Source: Candidatus Yanofskybacteria bacterium (GTDB lineage Bacteria > Patescibacteriota > Minisyncoccia > 2-02-FULL-40-12 > GWA2-44-9). From it: 52,307 nucleotides of DNA. A program made the translations under genes and the position numbers. Below the pieces are notes generated by a model. That model saw only the letters and a list, made by a program, of their open reading frames with translations. It searched no databases and was not told the DNA's origin. Below, piece after piece: positions 10,486 to 20,019 of the stretch. Position 1 is the first letter of the stretch. Each line of letters begins with the position of its first letter. The DNA lies in the NCBI GenBank assembly GCA_023245235.1, contig JAHFKT010000004.1:1-52307 (forward strand). Direction: 5' to 3'.

Positions 10486-10514
10486 TTGACCCGGACCGCC
10501 AAAAAGAGTATAAT
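10486..10514 (+). promoter_or_regulatory. Sigma70 promoter of rnpB
   Basis: TTGACC-17 nt-TATAAT, 6 nt upstream of the RNA 5' end. Confidence 0.8.
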
Positions 10515-10520
10515 TGTAGT

Positions 10521-10962
10521 GTGTATCCTAGATGATCGCTCCGCTTCTCGGAGAAGTTTCTAAGCGTGCGCAAGCCGCTTAAGAATCTCTGTCAGCGGAG
10601 AGGAAAGTCCGAACACTATCAATCGAGGAGGTTGAAACGGTAGCGGGTAATCCCCGTCTGCAGCAATGCAAGAGGTGCGAACAGAGACGTCTGATTCCGA
10701 AAGGAACAGAGAGCTAAACCCTAGCCACTCGATATTCGATCGAACGGCACAGCTTAATTCCGACCGAGGGCATCAAGATCGGAAGTGAAACGGCTAAATC
10801 CTTACCGGAGTGCAAGGTCAAACTCCTGCCGATGAGGCAGGAAGACAAGTAGACCGCATTGAGCCCATGCTCATGACCCCGGCGGCAACGTCAGGGCTAG
10901 ATAAATGATCGTCCCGTGCGCCTCATCGGCGCATACGACAGAATTCGGCTTACTGGATACAC
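10521..10962 (+). ncRNA. rnpB: RNase P RNA
   Basis: P1 GTGTATCC/GGATACAC; P4 halves GAGGAAAGTCCGAA and ACAGAATTCGGCTTA; conserved GTGAAACGG, GCAAGG and CTAGATAAATGAT segments. Confidence 0.95.
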
Positions 10963-10963
10963 G

Positions 10964-10999
10964 AAACCAAAACGCGGGCATCAGCCCGCGTTTTGGTTT
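10964..10999. terminator. Bidirectional terminator between rnpB and rnhA
   Basis: Perfect 16-bp stem AAACCAAAACGCGGGC-ATCA-GCCCGCGTTTTGGTTT. Confidence 0.85.
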
Positions 11000-11438
11000 A
11001 CAGATCCAGTTTGCTCGACTCGCGATCCAAGGCCTGGTTCACCAACATATCGGCCTCTGCGTTCTTCTCGCGCTCAATATGATGGAATGACACGTCCGTA
11101 CCCAGGTCGATGAGGAGATTCGATATCTCGACAAAGAATCCCTGAATATCTTTTTCCTTGACCTTATACTGCCGATTCAGCTGTTTCACCATCAGCTCGC
11201 TATCAGCATAACATTCAATGCTCATCCCCCTCAGCTTCTCCGAACCGAGAAGTTGCTTCACTTTTTTGAGTCCAAGAATAAGTGCCCGATATTCGGCTTC
11301 GTTATTGGTCCCCTTGCCAATATATTCCTGATACAGCTTCTTGCCGATATTCGACCCCTCGATCACGACACCGATCGCTGCCGGACCCGGATTCCCGCGT
11401 GCGCCCCCATCAGAATGAATGGTGATCTTATTTTTCAT
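10998..11438 (-). CDS. rnhA: Ribonuclease HI family protein
   Basis: SDGGARGNPGPA, TNNEAEY, DSELMVKQL, HIEREKNAEADMLVN. Confidence 0.92.
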   Translation of the reverse strand: MKNKITIHSDGGARGNPGPAAIGVVIEGSNIGKKLYQEYIGKGTNNEAEYRALILGLKKVKQLLGSEKLRGMSIECYADSELMVKQLNRQYKVKEKDIQGFFVEISNLLIDLGTDVSFHHIEREKNAEADMLVNQALDRESSKLDL

Positions 11439-12303
11439 CAGATCCGTGAATTATCTTCCATGGAAAACCGCCGCTCATCGGGACGGTAAATCCCGATGAT
11501 GCAACATGTCCGCCGCCGCCATACTTTTTTGCCAATACTGATACGTCAAAAACCTTCTCGGCCTCAAGGTCGGATCGCAATGAAACATGGATATAATCTT
11601 TCTCCTGGGCCCATGATATCCCGAACGGCGGTTTTTCTTTCGCGAGCATACCTGCCGCTTTTGAGGCAAAATAGTGAGGAATGTTCACGGCATATACGGT
11701 ATGCCCGCAAAATTCTACGAGAGACCTGAACTGCAACGCTCCATCAACGAGCCGCTGTTCATATGCGAGCAGCATCGCTCCTTTTTCAGCGTATTTTTTT
11801 CTGCCTTCGGCGGTTTCGATATCCCGGGACATTGTGTCCCATAGTTCAAAATTAAAGTCAGAACTTTTGATAATCGCCGTTATGGCCAGAGAATCCTCCA
11901 TGGCAAACCTCCAGAGGTCCCTGTCCTCAATATAGCGGGAGAGCATCGGCACCGGTGTTTCCGGATGAAAATACGTCCATGCCAAATATGCCGCTGAGTG
12001 ATCATCATCAAAAAGGTAATCTTTGGTCAGCATCGTAATATCTTTTTTAGTCTCATGATGGTCAACGGCGGTAACCCTTTTATTAACTTTGATCAGCTCC
12101 TGGGTGATGGTACCCTCGTATACAAAATCAATGAAGTAAATCTCTTTATTTACTAAGCCCTCCGGAGAGGCCTGCCCGCGAAACGCAGGAATATATACGG
12201 CGGTATCGCCGAACTTTTTCCAAGCCGCCCAGGCACCGCCAAACCCGTCAATACAATCTCCGTGGTACATAACCACGATATCTTCTGTGATGGGTTTATC
12301 CAT
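11428..12303 (-). CDS. DHH/DHHA1 phosphoesterase (nanoRNase NrnB-like)
   Basis: YHGDCIDG, VDHH, DRDLW, SLRS and GGGGH motifs. Confidence 0.85.
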   Translation of the reverse strand: MDKPITEDIVVMYHGDCIDGFGGAWAAWKKFGDTAVYIPAFRGQASPEGLVNKEIYFIDFVYEGTITQELIKVNKRVTAVDHHETKKDITMLTKDYLFDDDHSAAYLAWTYFHPETPVPMLSRYIEDRDLWRFAMEDSLAITAIIKSSDFNFELWDTMSRDIETAEGRKKYAEKGAMLLAYEQRLVDGALQFRSLVEFCGHTVYAVNIPHYFASKAAGMLAKEKPPFGISWAQEKDYIHVSLRSDLEAEKVFDVSVLAKKYGGGGHVASSGFTVPMSGGFPWKIIHGSDEK

Positions 12304-12304
12304 A

Positions 12305-13387
12305 TTAATTTAGGGCCTCCAGGCCCGGCAGCTTCTCACCGGCCAGGAAAGCAAGCATGGCGCCGCCGCCCGTCGAAACGAATTTGAATTTTTCGAGAAG
12401 GCCTATCTTGTCGACCGCAGAAATGGTGTCGCCGCCGCCGATGACCGACATGGCGGATGAAGCCACGATGGCACTGGCTACCTCATTCGTTCCTTTCGCA
12501 AAAACAGGATTTTCAAATAATCCCAGGGGGCCGTTCCAAATGACTATCTTTGCACTCGCGATGATATCGATATATTGCCTTATCGTCTGTTCGCCGATAT
12601 CGAGGATCTTATTATCAAAAACGACGAAGTCCTTCGGTGCCACCAACCGCGTGTCCGCAAGGTCCAGACCGGCAAGTAATGCCTGAGTATCAGTATCGAC
12701 GAGAGAGCTGCCCATGTCCTGGTCCTTTTCTTTAAGCACGTCATTGGAAACAACTCCGCCGAGCAAGACCGCTTCGCATTTGTCGATAAGATTCTTAATA
12801 ACAGGCACCTTTGTTGATGCTTTCGCGCCGCCCATGATAATAACTTTTCCTTCCTTGGGAGCGTCAATGACCCTTGAAAGATTGGCGACCTCTTCCTCAA
12901 CGATGAACCCGGCATAGCTTGGAAGTAGTTTTGTTATGGCCGAAACGGATGCATGGTCGCGGTGACAAACCGCAAAGTCATTATTCACATACAGATCGAA
13001 CCCGTCCGCCAATTTTTTTGCGAATTCCGGATCGTTCTTTTTTTCGCCCTCATTCTGTCGTACGTTATCGAGCAATGCCGGTCCGGCATAATGGTCAAGG
13101 TACGGGGCGATCTCCGCTACGGTCTTAATGAAACTGATCTCATGGCCGAGTAATATATGAAGCTGGGGTATAAGAGCGGCGAATGATTCGCCGACCGATT
13201 CATCTGAGATATGGGCGGCCATTACTACTTTTGCGCCATGGCTTACCAAGTAGTCAAGGGTTTCTTTCTGCTTTTTGATGCGGAACGGTTCTTCGATCTG
13301 CCCCTTATCCGAAACCGGCACGTCAAAGTCAACGCGGAGAATGACCTTCTTGTCTTTCAGATCGGTAATGTCCCGGAGCATTTTCAT
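12305..13387 (-). CDS. pgk: Phosphoglycerate kinase
   Basis: RVDFDVP, GGAK, WNGPLGLFE, GGGDT, STGGGAML. Confidence 0.95.
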   Translation of the reverse strand: MKMLRDITDLKDKKVILRVDFDVPVSDKGQIEEPFRIKKQKETLDYLVSHGAKVVMAAHISDESVGESFAALIPQLHILLGHEISFIKTVAEIAPYLDHYAGPALLDNVRQNEGEKKNDPEFAKKLADGFDLYVNNDFAVCHRDHASVSAITKLLPSYAGFIVEEEVANLSRVIDAPKEGKVIIMGGAKASTKVPVIKNLIDKCEAVLLGGVVSNDVLKEKDQDMGSSLVDTDTQALLAGLDLADTRLVAPKDFVVFDNKILDIGEQTIRQYIDIIASAKIVIWNGPLGLFENPVFAKGTNEVASAIVASSAMSVIGGGDTISAVDKIGLLEKFKFVSTGGGAMLAFLAGEKLPGLEALN

Positions 13388-13454
13388 TTACCACTAATAT
13401 AGCACCGAATGTGTCCGGAAACAAAAACCCCGCCCGAGGGTGTGTTCGTTCCGG

Positions 13455-14213
13455 TCAAATAGCGGCCGCGATATCTAGGATCTCGACGAACTCTTCTTTG
13501 CGGATGCTCGCCCCGCCGACCAATACACCGGCGATCTCATCGAGCGAAAGAAAATCCTTCGCGTTCTGGGACGTAACCGAACCGCCATAGAGAACCGGCA
13601 CACCCTGACCGAGAATTTCTTTGATAACGGCAACCGCCTGGAGTGCGTCCCCGGGCGTATCGGGCCGGGAGCCGGGATTGGAAGAAATGGCCCACACAGG
13701 TTCATAAGCAATAAGGCAGTTGCCTATTTCGTCGGCCGAGAGACCGGCAAATGTGGCTCCCATCTGCTGTTTCAGAAACTCTTTGAAAGTCTTGTCCCGC
13801 TTCCGCTCCCCGATACAGACGATGGGCATCAGCTCATCCGCCAGTGCGGTCTTCAATTTTTTATTAACGACGTCGTCATTCTCTCCGAGCTTCCAGCGGC
13901 GCTCGGAATGACCAATGATAACGTACTGCACGTTCAAGCGCCTCAACATCGGTCCCGAGACCTCCCCTGTCCACGCACCCGACTCGGCAAGTGCGATATC
14001 CTGCGCGCCCAGCTGGGCATTATGTTCAAGGTGCGATGACTGCAGTAATTTACCGACCTCTTCCAGAAATACGAACGGCGGGCAGATGACCAGAGATGAT
14101 TCCCGTTCCGGCCGGTTTTCAAAGTGATCATTGATGTAATCCAAGATCTGTTCGGCTTCGGCCAGCGTTTGAGGATTCATCTTCCAGTTCGCAATGATGT
14201 ATTTCTTATGCAT
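13455..14213 (-). CDS. tpiA: Triosephosphate isomerase
   Basis: ANWKMN, IGHSERR, AYEPVWAI, LYGGSV, LVGGAS. Confidence 0.97.
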   Translation of the reverse strand: MHKKYIIANWKMNPQTLAEAEQILDYINDHFENRPERESSLVICPPFVFLEEVGKLLQSSHLEHNAQLGAQDIALAESGAWTGEVSGPMLRRLNVQYVIIGHSERRWKLGENDDVVNKKLKTALADELMPIVCIGERKRDKTFKEFLKQQMGATFAGLSADEIGNCLIAYEPVWAISSNPGSRPDTPGDALQAVAVIKEILGQGVPVLYGGSVTSQNAKDFLSLDEIAGVLVGGASIRKEEFVEILDIAAAI

Positions 14214-14802
14214 GCTTTCTTTTCTTTATAATATACCACGCCGCCAAGACAATGATCATGGCGCCGATCGCGATATCGGCCCGGTGAAAGTACGGACTAA
14301 GAACGTCCCAGTGTTCCCCCGCCTTGTAGCCCATGAAGGCAAGCGCAAAGTTCCAGGGCAGGGCGCCGAAGAATGTATAGGCGCCGAAAATAGCCGCGTT
14401 CATCTCTGAAATGCCGGCCGGCAATGACACGAATGTCCGGACGACCGGAAGCATGCGGCTCCAGAAGACAGTACCGCGTCCGTGTTCCCTGAACCAACGG
14501 TCCCCCGCTTCAAGGTCCTTATGATAAACCAGAATGTACTTACCGTATTTTTCAAGAAACCATCGGCCCCCTGACCGGCCGATGTAAAACAAGATCAGGG
14601 AACCGACAAGATTCGCGACGCTCGCCACGATCACAACGGTAATAAGATTAAACCGGCCGGAAACGGCCAGAAATCCTGAAAATGGCAATACGATCTCTGA
14701 GGGAATGGGAATGGCCGCACTTTCCAAAAGCGAGAGAGCAAAAAGCCCGCCGTATCCGGCGGAGCCGATCAGTGACAATGTAAAGCCGGCAATATTGAAC
14801 AT
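14206..14802 (-). CDS. DedA family membrane protein
   Basis: LESAAIPIPSEIVLPFSG and RMLPVVRTFVSLPAG DedA signatures. Confidence 0.92.
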   Translation of the reverse strand: MFNIAGFTLSLIGSAGYGGLFALSLLESAAIPIPSEIVLPFSGFLAVSGRFNLITVVIVASVANLVGSLILFYIGRSGGRWFLEKYGKYILVYHKDLEAGDRWFREHGRGTVFWSRMLPVVRTFVSLPAGISEMNAAIFGAYTFFGALPWNFALAFMGYKAGEHWDVLSPYFHRADIAIGAMIIVLAAWYIIKKRKHA

Positions 14803-14805
14803 ACT

Positions 14806-15816
14806 TTAGATTACAGCCTCTCGAAGCTCGGCGGCGGCTACGTCCGGATCAACCACGTTAACAAACACGTTTGTTCCGAGCTCAAGACCGGCTGCGATCG
14901 ATGACCGGGGCAGAATTTCGACGTGCCAATGATAAAAATCGAATGACGGCACGTTCAACCGATGGGGTGGAGATGTGTGGATAAAGAAAGCGTAATCAAT
15001 GTTATCGAGAGCCTTGTTGATCTTTTTCAGGGCCATGTTGAGCGCTTGAGCAAGGAACGGAATGTCGGCGTCATCGAGGTCTCCGAAATATGCATTCCGA
15101 ATTTTCGGAAATATCCGCACCTGGTATGGCGCGCGGCTGACATATGGACACAGAACAACGAATTTTTCATTCTCGTAAATGATCCTCTTGCGCTCTTGCA
15201 TCTCCCAGGCGAGGACTACTTCATGGATACGTTCGCCGGTCCTTTCGAAATATTCGACGGAATTTTTGACATTCCTCAGAACGCCGGACGGAATGATCGG
15301 CATGGAAAGGATCTGAGTGTGATTGTGATAAACGGTCGCACCGGCCAGATGTCCGTGATTATGGAAGATCGAAATATAGTCGCCGCAATTATCCGTGGCC
15401 ATGGCGTTATACCGGTCCTTGTATGCCATGATCACCTCGGCGGTTTCCTCATCGGTAAATTGAGCAAAGTGCCGGTCGTGGTCACGGGTGATGACCAGTT
15501 CATGAAAACCGCGGCCGTCGGCGGTCGATATGGGGCCCCGGGTGTGGATCGGGCTGCACATTCCTGATTCGACGGCAGGAAATTTATTGTTTATGACAAG
15601 GGTCGTCCAGTTGTCTGGCACCCCTTCGACTTTTTTGCCGTGCTCCCACACGGCAAGCGGCCTTCCCTGGTCTATGAGACGCTGGCCGTCAAAAGGACAT
15701 TCTTCCTTTGTCTGATAAAACTTGTCTTTCTCGAATGCGCCGGGTTTCCGGGCCCGGTGCGTAGCGTAGAGCACCCAATCACCCGAGACGGGATCCTGTC
15801 GAAATTCATTAAGCAT
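14806..15816 (-). CDS. galT: GalT-like HIT-family nucleotidyltransferase
   Basis: EFRQDP, RARKP, CPF, NKFPA, NHG..AGATVYHNHTQ (HxHxQ), HWHVEILPR, GLELGT. Confidence 0.8.
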   Translation of the reverse strand: MLNEFRQDPVSGDWVLYATHRARKPGAFEKDKFYQTKEECPFDGQRLIDQGRPLAVWEHGKKVEGVPDNWTTLVINNKFPAVESGMCSPIHTRGPISTADGRGFHELVITRDHDRHFAQFTDEETAEVIMAYKDRYNAMATDNCGDYISIFHNHGHLAGATVYHNHTQILSMPIIPSGVLRNVKNSVEYFERTGERIHEVVLAWEMQERKRIIYENEKFVVLCPYVSRAPYQVRIFPKIRNAYFGDLDDADIPFLAQALNMALKKINKALDNIDYAFFIHTSPPHRLNVPSFDFYHWHVEILPRSSIAAGLELGTNVFVNVVDPDVAAAELREAVI

Positions 15817-16555
15817 GATCTATTTTAGCACGGCCGTACCGGCCCGTCAGCAGCCACCATCTGATCTTAAGCGTATCCCTCAGTACCCCGAAATATGAAT
15901 CGAAGCCGGGATGGGAAGCAGTATTCGGGTCGTTATGCCAATTAACCGGCACTTCCTTAATTCTATATCCGAACTTTCTCGCGAGGGCAAGCATCTCGAT
16001 ATCAAATCCCCAGCGCGTAACCCTGGAACAAGAGAAGATATCCTGAGCCGCTTTAGCCGTCACTATTTTAAAACCTCTTTGGGTATCGTGAATACCGGGC
16101 ACGGCGAGGATCTGAATATAAAGATTGCCCAACTTTCCAAATAGCCGCCGCCACACGGGTTCGCTTCCTTGCACAACAGCAGATCCCTTTACCGCGATCG
16201 ATGCGATCACCACGCCGTAGCCCTGTTGAAAATAAGGCATGAATTTATCTATGTTATCAATCGTGGTTGCATTATCAGCATCCATGAACAGGCGATACTC
16301 GCCTTTGGCGTGGAGCATTCCCTCTTTGACCGCAAAACCCTTGCCTCCGGTTTCGGGATAATCCAGAAGTCTGAGACCCGGAATACCCTGCATCATCTCT
16401 TTCACGATGACGGTCGTCCTGTCGGTCGACCGGTTGGTCACCACAAGTACCTCATATTCGACAGCTTTTTGTTTTAAAAAATGAACAACCGATTCGACGG
16501 TTCTTTTAATATGCTTCTCTTCATTTTTGGCCGGAATGATAACGGAAAGATACAT
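15809..16555 (-). CDS. GT2 polyprenyl-phosphate glycosyltransferase (ALG5/DPM1-like)
   Basis: SVIIPAKNE, GKGFAVKEG, FMDADN, DTQRGFK, FDIEML. Confidence 0.88.
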   Translation of the reverse strand: MYLSVIIPAKNEEKHIKRTVESVVHFLKQKAVEYEVLVVTNRSTDRTTVIVKEMMQGIPGLRLLDYPETGGKGFAVKEGMLHAKGEYRLFMDADNATTIDNIDKFMPYFQQGYGVVIASIAVKGSAVVQGSEPVWRRLFGKLGNLYIQILAVPGIHDTQRGFKIVTAKAAQDIFSCSRVTRWGFDIEMLALARKFGYRIKEVPVNWHNDPNTASHPGFDSYFGVLRDTLKIRWWLLTGRYGRAKIDHA

Positions 16556-16654
16556 AATAATCAGGTTGACCGAGAACTATAAAAACAGAGCAAGTATATC
16601 ATGCCGATTTGCCTTTTTCCAGCAGTATAGAGTACCATGTGCCAATCCGAAGCC

Positions 16655-17512
16655 ATGAACCACCCGGTCATCCAAATACAAAAAGGGTCCCCGCAATACC
16701 CTGAACGGCTGAATCAGATTTCCGATGCACCCGAGTATCTGTATTGCAGGGGCAATATCGCGCTTCTGGACAGCGAGTGTTTTGCGGTGGTGGGAACCAG
16801 AATGCTTACCGGCTACGGCAAAGAAGCGGTACAGAAACTTATTCCGGGTCTGGCCCGGCATTTCACGATCGTGAGCGGACTCGCTTTGGGTATCGATGCC
16901 TGCGTTCATCAGACTACACTTCATTGTATGGGCAAGACCATCGCCGTCCTCGGTTCCGGGATCGAAAACATAACTCCCATGACCAACCACCGGCTGGCTC
17001 TTGAGATATTGGAACGGGACGGCCTTCTCATATCCGAACATAGCGGCAAAAAGCCGGCATATAAAGATTCGTTTCCGGTGCGGAACAGGATCATCAGCGG
17101 TCTTTCGCGGGGCGTTCTGATCATAGAGGCCGATGAAAAAAGCGGCTCGCTCGTTACCGCCAGACACGCCCTCGAACAGAACCGGGATGTTTTCGCGGTC
17201 CCGGGCAATATTTTTTCGCCCAAGTCGGACGGACCGAATAAGCTTATCCAGCGGGGCGCGAAACTGGTGGCCTCTACGGAAGACATCATCGGAGACTACT
17301 CGATGCTCGACCTGAAAACGCCGGTGTCCACAGAAAATCCGACGGAAGCATCCATTCTTGCTATACTGGGAACCAATGGCCCGATGACGACCGATGCGAT
17401 CATCGAACAGGCCCGCAGAGATGCATCGGAGATCACGGCCACACTCTCGATCATGGAAATAAAAGGAATGGTCCGCCAGATGGCCGGCGGGATGTTCAGA
17501 AAAACAGATTAA
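16655..17512 (+). CDS. dprA: DNA-processing protein DprA
   Basis: AVVGTR, VSGLALGID, FPVRNRIISG, SGSLVTA, FAVPG and C-terminal winged helix. Start taken at MNHP. Confidence 0.95.
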   Translation: MNHPVIQIQKGSPQYPERLNQISDAPEYLYCRGNIALLDSECFAVVGTRMLTGYGKEAVQKLIPGLARHFTIVSGLALGIDACVHQTTLHCMGKTIAVLGSGIENITPMTNHRLALEILERDGLLISEHSGKKPAYKDSFPVRNRIISGLSRGVLIIEADEKSGSLVTARHALEQNRDVFAVPGNIFSPKSDGPNKLIQRGAKLVASTEDIIGDYSMLDLKTPVSTENPTEASILAILGTNGPMTTDAIIEQARRDASEITATLSIMEIKGMVRQMAGGMFRKTD

Positions 17513-17526
17513 CCCAGTTTCATTAC

Positions 17527-19698
17527 ATGAACCTCGTTATTGTAGAAAGTCCGACAAAATCAAAAACTATCTCTAAATTCCTGGGTGGGAATTTTTTGGT
17601 GCGCGCTTCCGTCGGACATGTGCGGGACCTTCCAAAAAGCAATAAAAAGGCCATCGACATCAAGGGCGGGTTCATCCCCCACTATGAAGTCAGCGAGGGC
17701 AAGCAAGAGGTTCTTGAAGATCTGAAACAGATCGCCAAAAAAGCGGACCAAATTTACCTCGCCACTGACCCTGACCGCGAAGGAGAGGCCATTGCATGGC
17801 ACGTGGCGGAAGTGCTCGGTCTGAAGAAACCCAAGCGCATTGTCTTTCACGAGATCACCAAAGATGCCGTAAGGGAGGCCCTGGAACATCCCCGCGAGAT
17901 CGATCCGGAGCTTGTGCGGGCCCAGGAAGCACGCAGGGTCCTTGATCGGCTCGTCGGATATGATCTGTCGGGTCTGATCTGGAAAAAAGTACGCTACGGA
18001 CTTTCCGCCGGGCGCGTCCAGTCACCGGCACTCCGCATCGTCATGGAGAAGGAGCGCGAGATCCGCGCGTTCAAGAGCGAAACATATTATGTCATCGCTG
18101 CCGATATCTCCGGAAAGAACGGGACGGTCTTTCGGGTCACCTGCGAAGAAGAGCCTCGGGACCAAAAGGTCGCCGAAACCATCCTTAAAAAGGGCAGGGC
18201 CGGTTCTTGGTTTATCAAGAACATTACCGAAAGCGAAATAAAGCGGTCGCCCCGCCCGCCGTTCACGACCTCAACGCTCCAGCAAACGGCAAGCTCGCGT
18301 CTTGGCTTTTCACCGGCCCGGGCCATGGTCATCGCCCAAAAGCTGTATGAACAGGGTTTTATAACCTATATGCGCACCGACAGCGTGAACCTTGCTTCTT
18401 CCGCTCAATCACAAATTATCGGTCTCGTCGAAAAAATATATGGCAAAGGATACGCGGAGCCTCGAGTGTACAAGACCACAAGCAAGAACGCCCAAGAAGC
18501 CCATGAAGCTATCCGTCCGACAGATGCGGCGCGGGAAAACGCCGGGCATAATGAAGAGCAGAAAAAACTGTATCGCCTCATCCGGGAGCGGGCTATCGCC
18601 TCGCAGATGGCCGATGCCAAACTGCTGCGCACAAAGATCGTCGCCAATATTACAGAGGATGGCATCCCTGATTTTTCAGCTACCGGTTCGCGTGTAGCCT
18701 TCGACGGCTGGCTGGCCTGCGATATTCGTGCACGGGGAGAAGACGTGGAACTACCCAAAGTCGATAAAAGTGAACCGATGGATCTGAAAGATATGACGAG
18801 CGAAGAAAAACATACTGAACCGCCGGCACGTTATACGGAGGCCGGACTTGTACGGGAATTGGAGAAGCGCGGCATCGGAAGGCCCTCCACATACGCTTCA
18901 ATCATCAAAACTCTCCATGACCGCAAGTACGTGGAGAAGGAGGGCCGGGCGCTTAAACCGACCGATACCGGCGAGGTTGTAAGCTCGTTCCTTGAAGAAA
19001 ACTTCATGAACTACATCGGCGATACGTTCACCGCTGAAATGGAAAACGAGCTTGATGATATTGCTGACGGAAAAAGAGAGTATGTCAAAACTCTCCGGGA
19101 TTTCTACGGACCCTTCCATAAAGACGTCAAAGCGAAAGAGAAGATAGAAAAACTCACCAACCTGGGCGCGGCTCCTGACAAATGGAAGTGTCCGGTCTGC
19201 GGCAGTCCGATGATTATTAAGCTCGGCCGGGGCGGAAAATTCATGAGCTGCGAACGCTATCCCGAATGCAAGGGCGCCCGCCAGCTGGACGGTTCAGTTG
19301 CTGAACCGAATAAACCGCTCGGGACCGATCCGGAAACCGGCCTACCCATCTTTGTTCTTGAGGGCCGTTTCGGGCCATATGTCCAATTGGGTGAAGTGAC
19401 AAAAGAGAAGCCCAAGCCGCGGCGGGCCAGCATACCGAAAGCAAAAGACCTTACGACAGTCACTCTGGATGATGCATTGAAATATTTGCGCCTGCCCCGT
19501 ATACTGGGCACCCATCCCGATACCGGAAAAGATATCGTCGCCAATGTCGGCCGCTTCGGACCGTATATCATGCACGACGGCGACTTTCGTTCATTGAAAA
19601 AAGTTGATGACGTATACACCATTGAACTCCCCCGAGCCCTTGAAATATTGAAGGAGGAAAAGAAGGTCGGCCGGAGAGGTAAGAAAAAGAAGGAATAG
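17527..19698 (+). CDS. topA: DNA topoisomerase I
   Basis: IVESPTK, DPDREGEAI, SAGRVQS, ITYMRTD (catalytic Tyr), AQEAHEAIRPT; one C4 zinc ribbon followed by GRFGPY C-terminal repeats. Confidence 0.97.
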   Translation: MNLVIVESPTKSKTISKFLGGNFLVRASVGHVRDLPKSNKKAIDIKGGFIPHYEVSEGKQEVLEDLKQIAKKADQIYLATDPDREGEAIAWHVAEVLGLKKPKRIVFHEITKDAVREALEHPREIDPELVRAQEARRVLDRLVGYDLSGLIWKKVRYGLSAGRVQSPALRIVMEKEREIRAFKSETYYVIAADISGKNGTVFRVTCEEEPRDQKVAETILKKGRAGSWFIKNITESEIKRSPRPPFTTSTLQQTASSRLGFSPARAMVIAQKLYEQGFITYMRTDSVNLASSAQSQIIGLVEKIYGKGYAEPRVYKTTSKNAQEAHEAIRPTDAARENAGHNEEQKKLYRLIRERAIASQMADAKLLRTKIVANITEDGIPDFSATGSRVAFDGWLACDIRARGEDVELPKVDKSEPMDLKDMTSEEKHTEPPARYTEAGLVRELEKRGIGRPSTYASIIKTLHDRKYVEKEGRALKPTDTGEVVSSFLEENFMNYIGDTFTAEMENELDDIADGKREYVKTLRDFYGPFHKDVKAKEKIEKLTNLGAAPDKWKCPVCGSPMIIKLGRGGKFMSCERYPECKGARQLDGSVAEPNKPLGTDPETGLPIFVLEGRFGPYVQLGEVTKEKPKPRRASIPKAKDLTTVTLDDALKYLRLPRILGTHPDTGKDIVANVGRFGPYIMHDGDFRSLKKVDDVYTIELPRALEILKEEKKVGRRGKKKKE

Positions 19699-19709
19699 AC
19701 ATTACACAT

Positions 19710-20012
19710 ATGCCCGAAATATCAAAAAATAAAGAAGTTGGAGCGATCTGTCCCGAGTGCAAGATCGGCCGTCTCGTCATCAAGACCGGCCGCTACGGTA
19801 ACTTTACCGCCTGCTCGAACTTTCCGAACTGCAAATATATCGTCAAGGAAGAAAGAGCTAAGCCGGTAGATACCGGCGAGATCTGCGATTCGTGCAATGT
19901 CGGCCATATGCTTATCCGGGACGGTAAATTTGGAAAGTTCAAAGCCTGCTCGAATTATCCCAGGTGTAAAAATACGAAGAAGATAACTGCGGATAGAAAA
20001 AGTCCGGCATAG
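19710..20012 (+). CDS. Stand-alone topoisomerase-type C4 zinc-ribbon protein
   Basis: Two repeats of CxxC...G(R/K)(Y/F)G.F..CSN(F/Y)PxC. Confidence 0.85.
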   Translation: MPEISKNKEVGAICPECKIGRLVIKTGRYGNFTACSNFPNCKYIVKEERAKPVDTGEICDSCNVGHMLIRDGKFGKFKACSNYPRCKNTKKITADRKSPA

Positions 20013-20019
20013 CCGGACT
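20001..20019. terminator. Hairpin between convergent genes
   Basis: AGTCCGGC-ATA-GCCGGACT preceded by AAAA (U-tract on the minus strand). Confidence 0.6.

Noticed and set aside
14977..14985. Perfect DnaA box (TGTGGATAA), with near matches around 6692 and 39601
   Set aside because: Isolated and inside galT. No box cluster or AT-rich unwinding element, so not oriC despite parAB and gyrB in the window.
16577..17167. 196-aa minus-strand ORF
   Set aside because: Antisense shadow of dprA.
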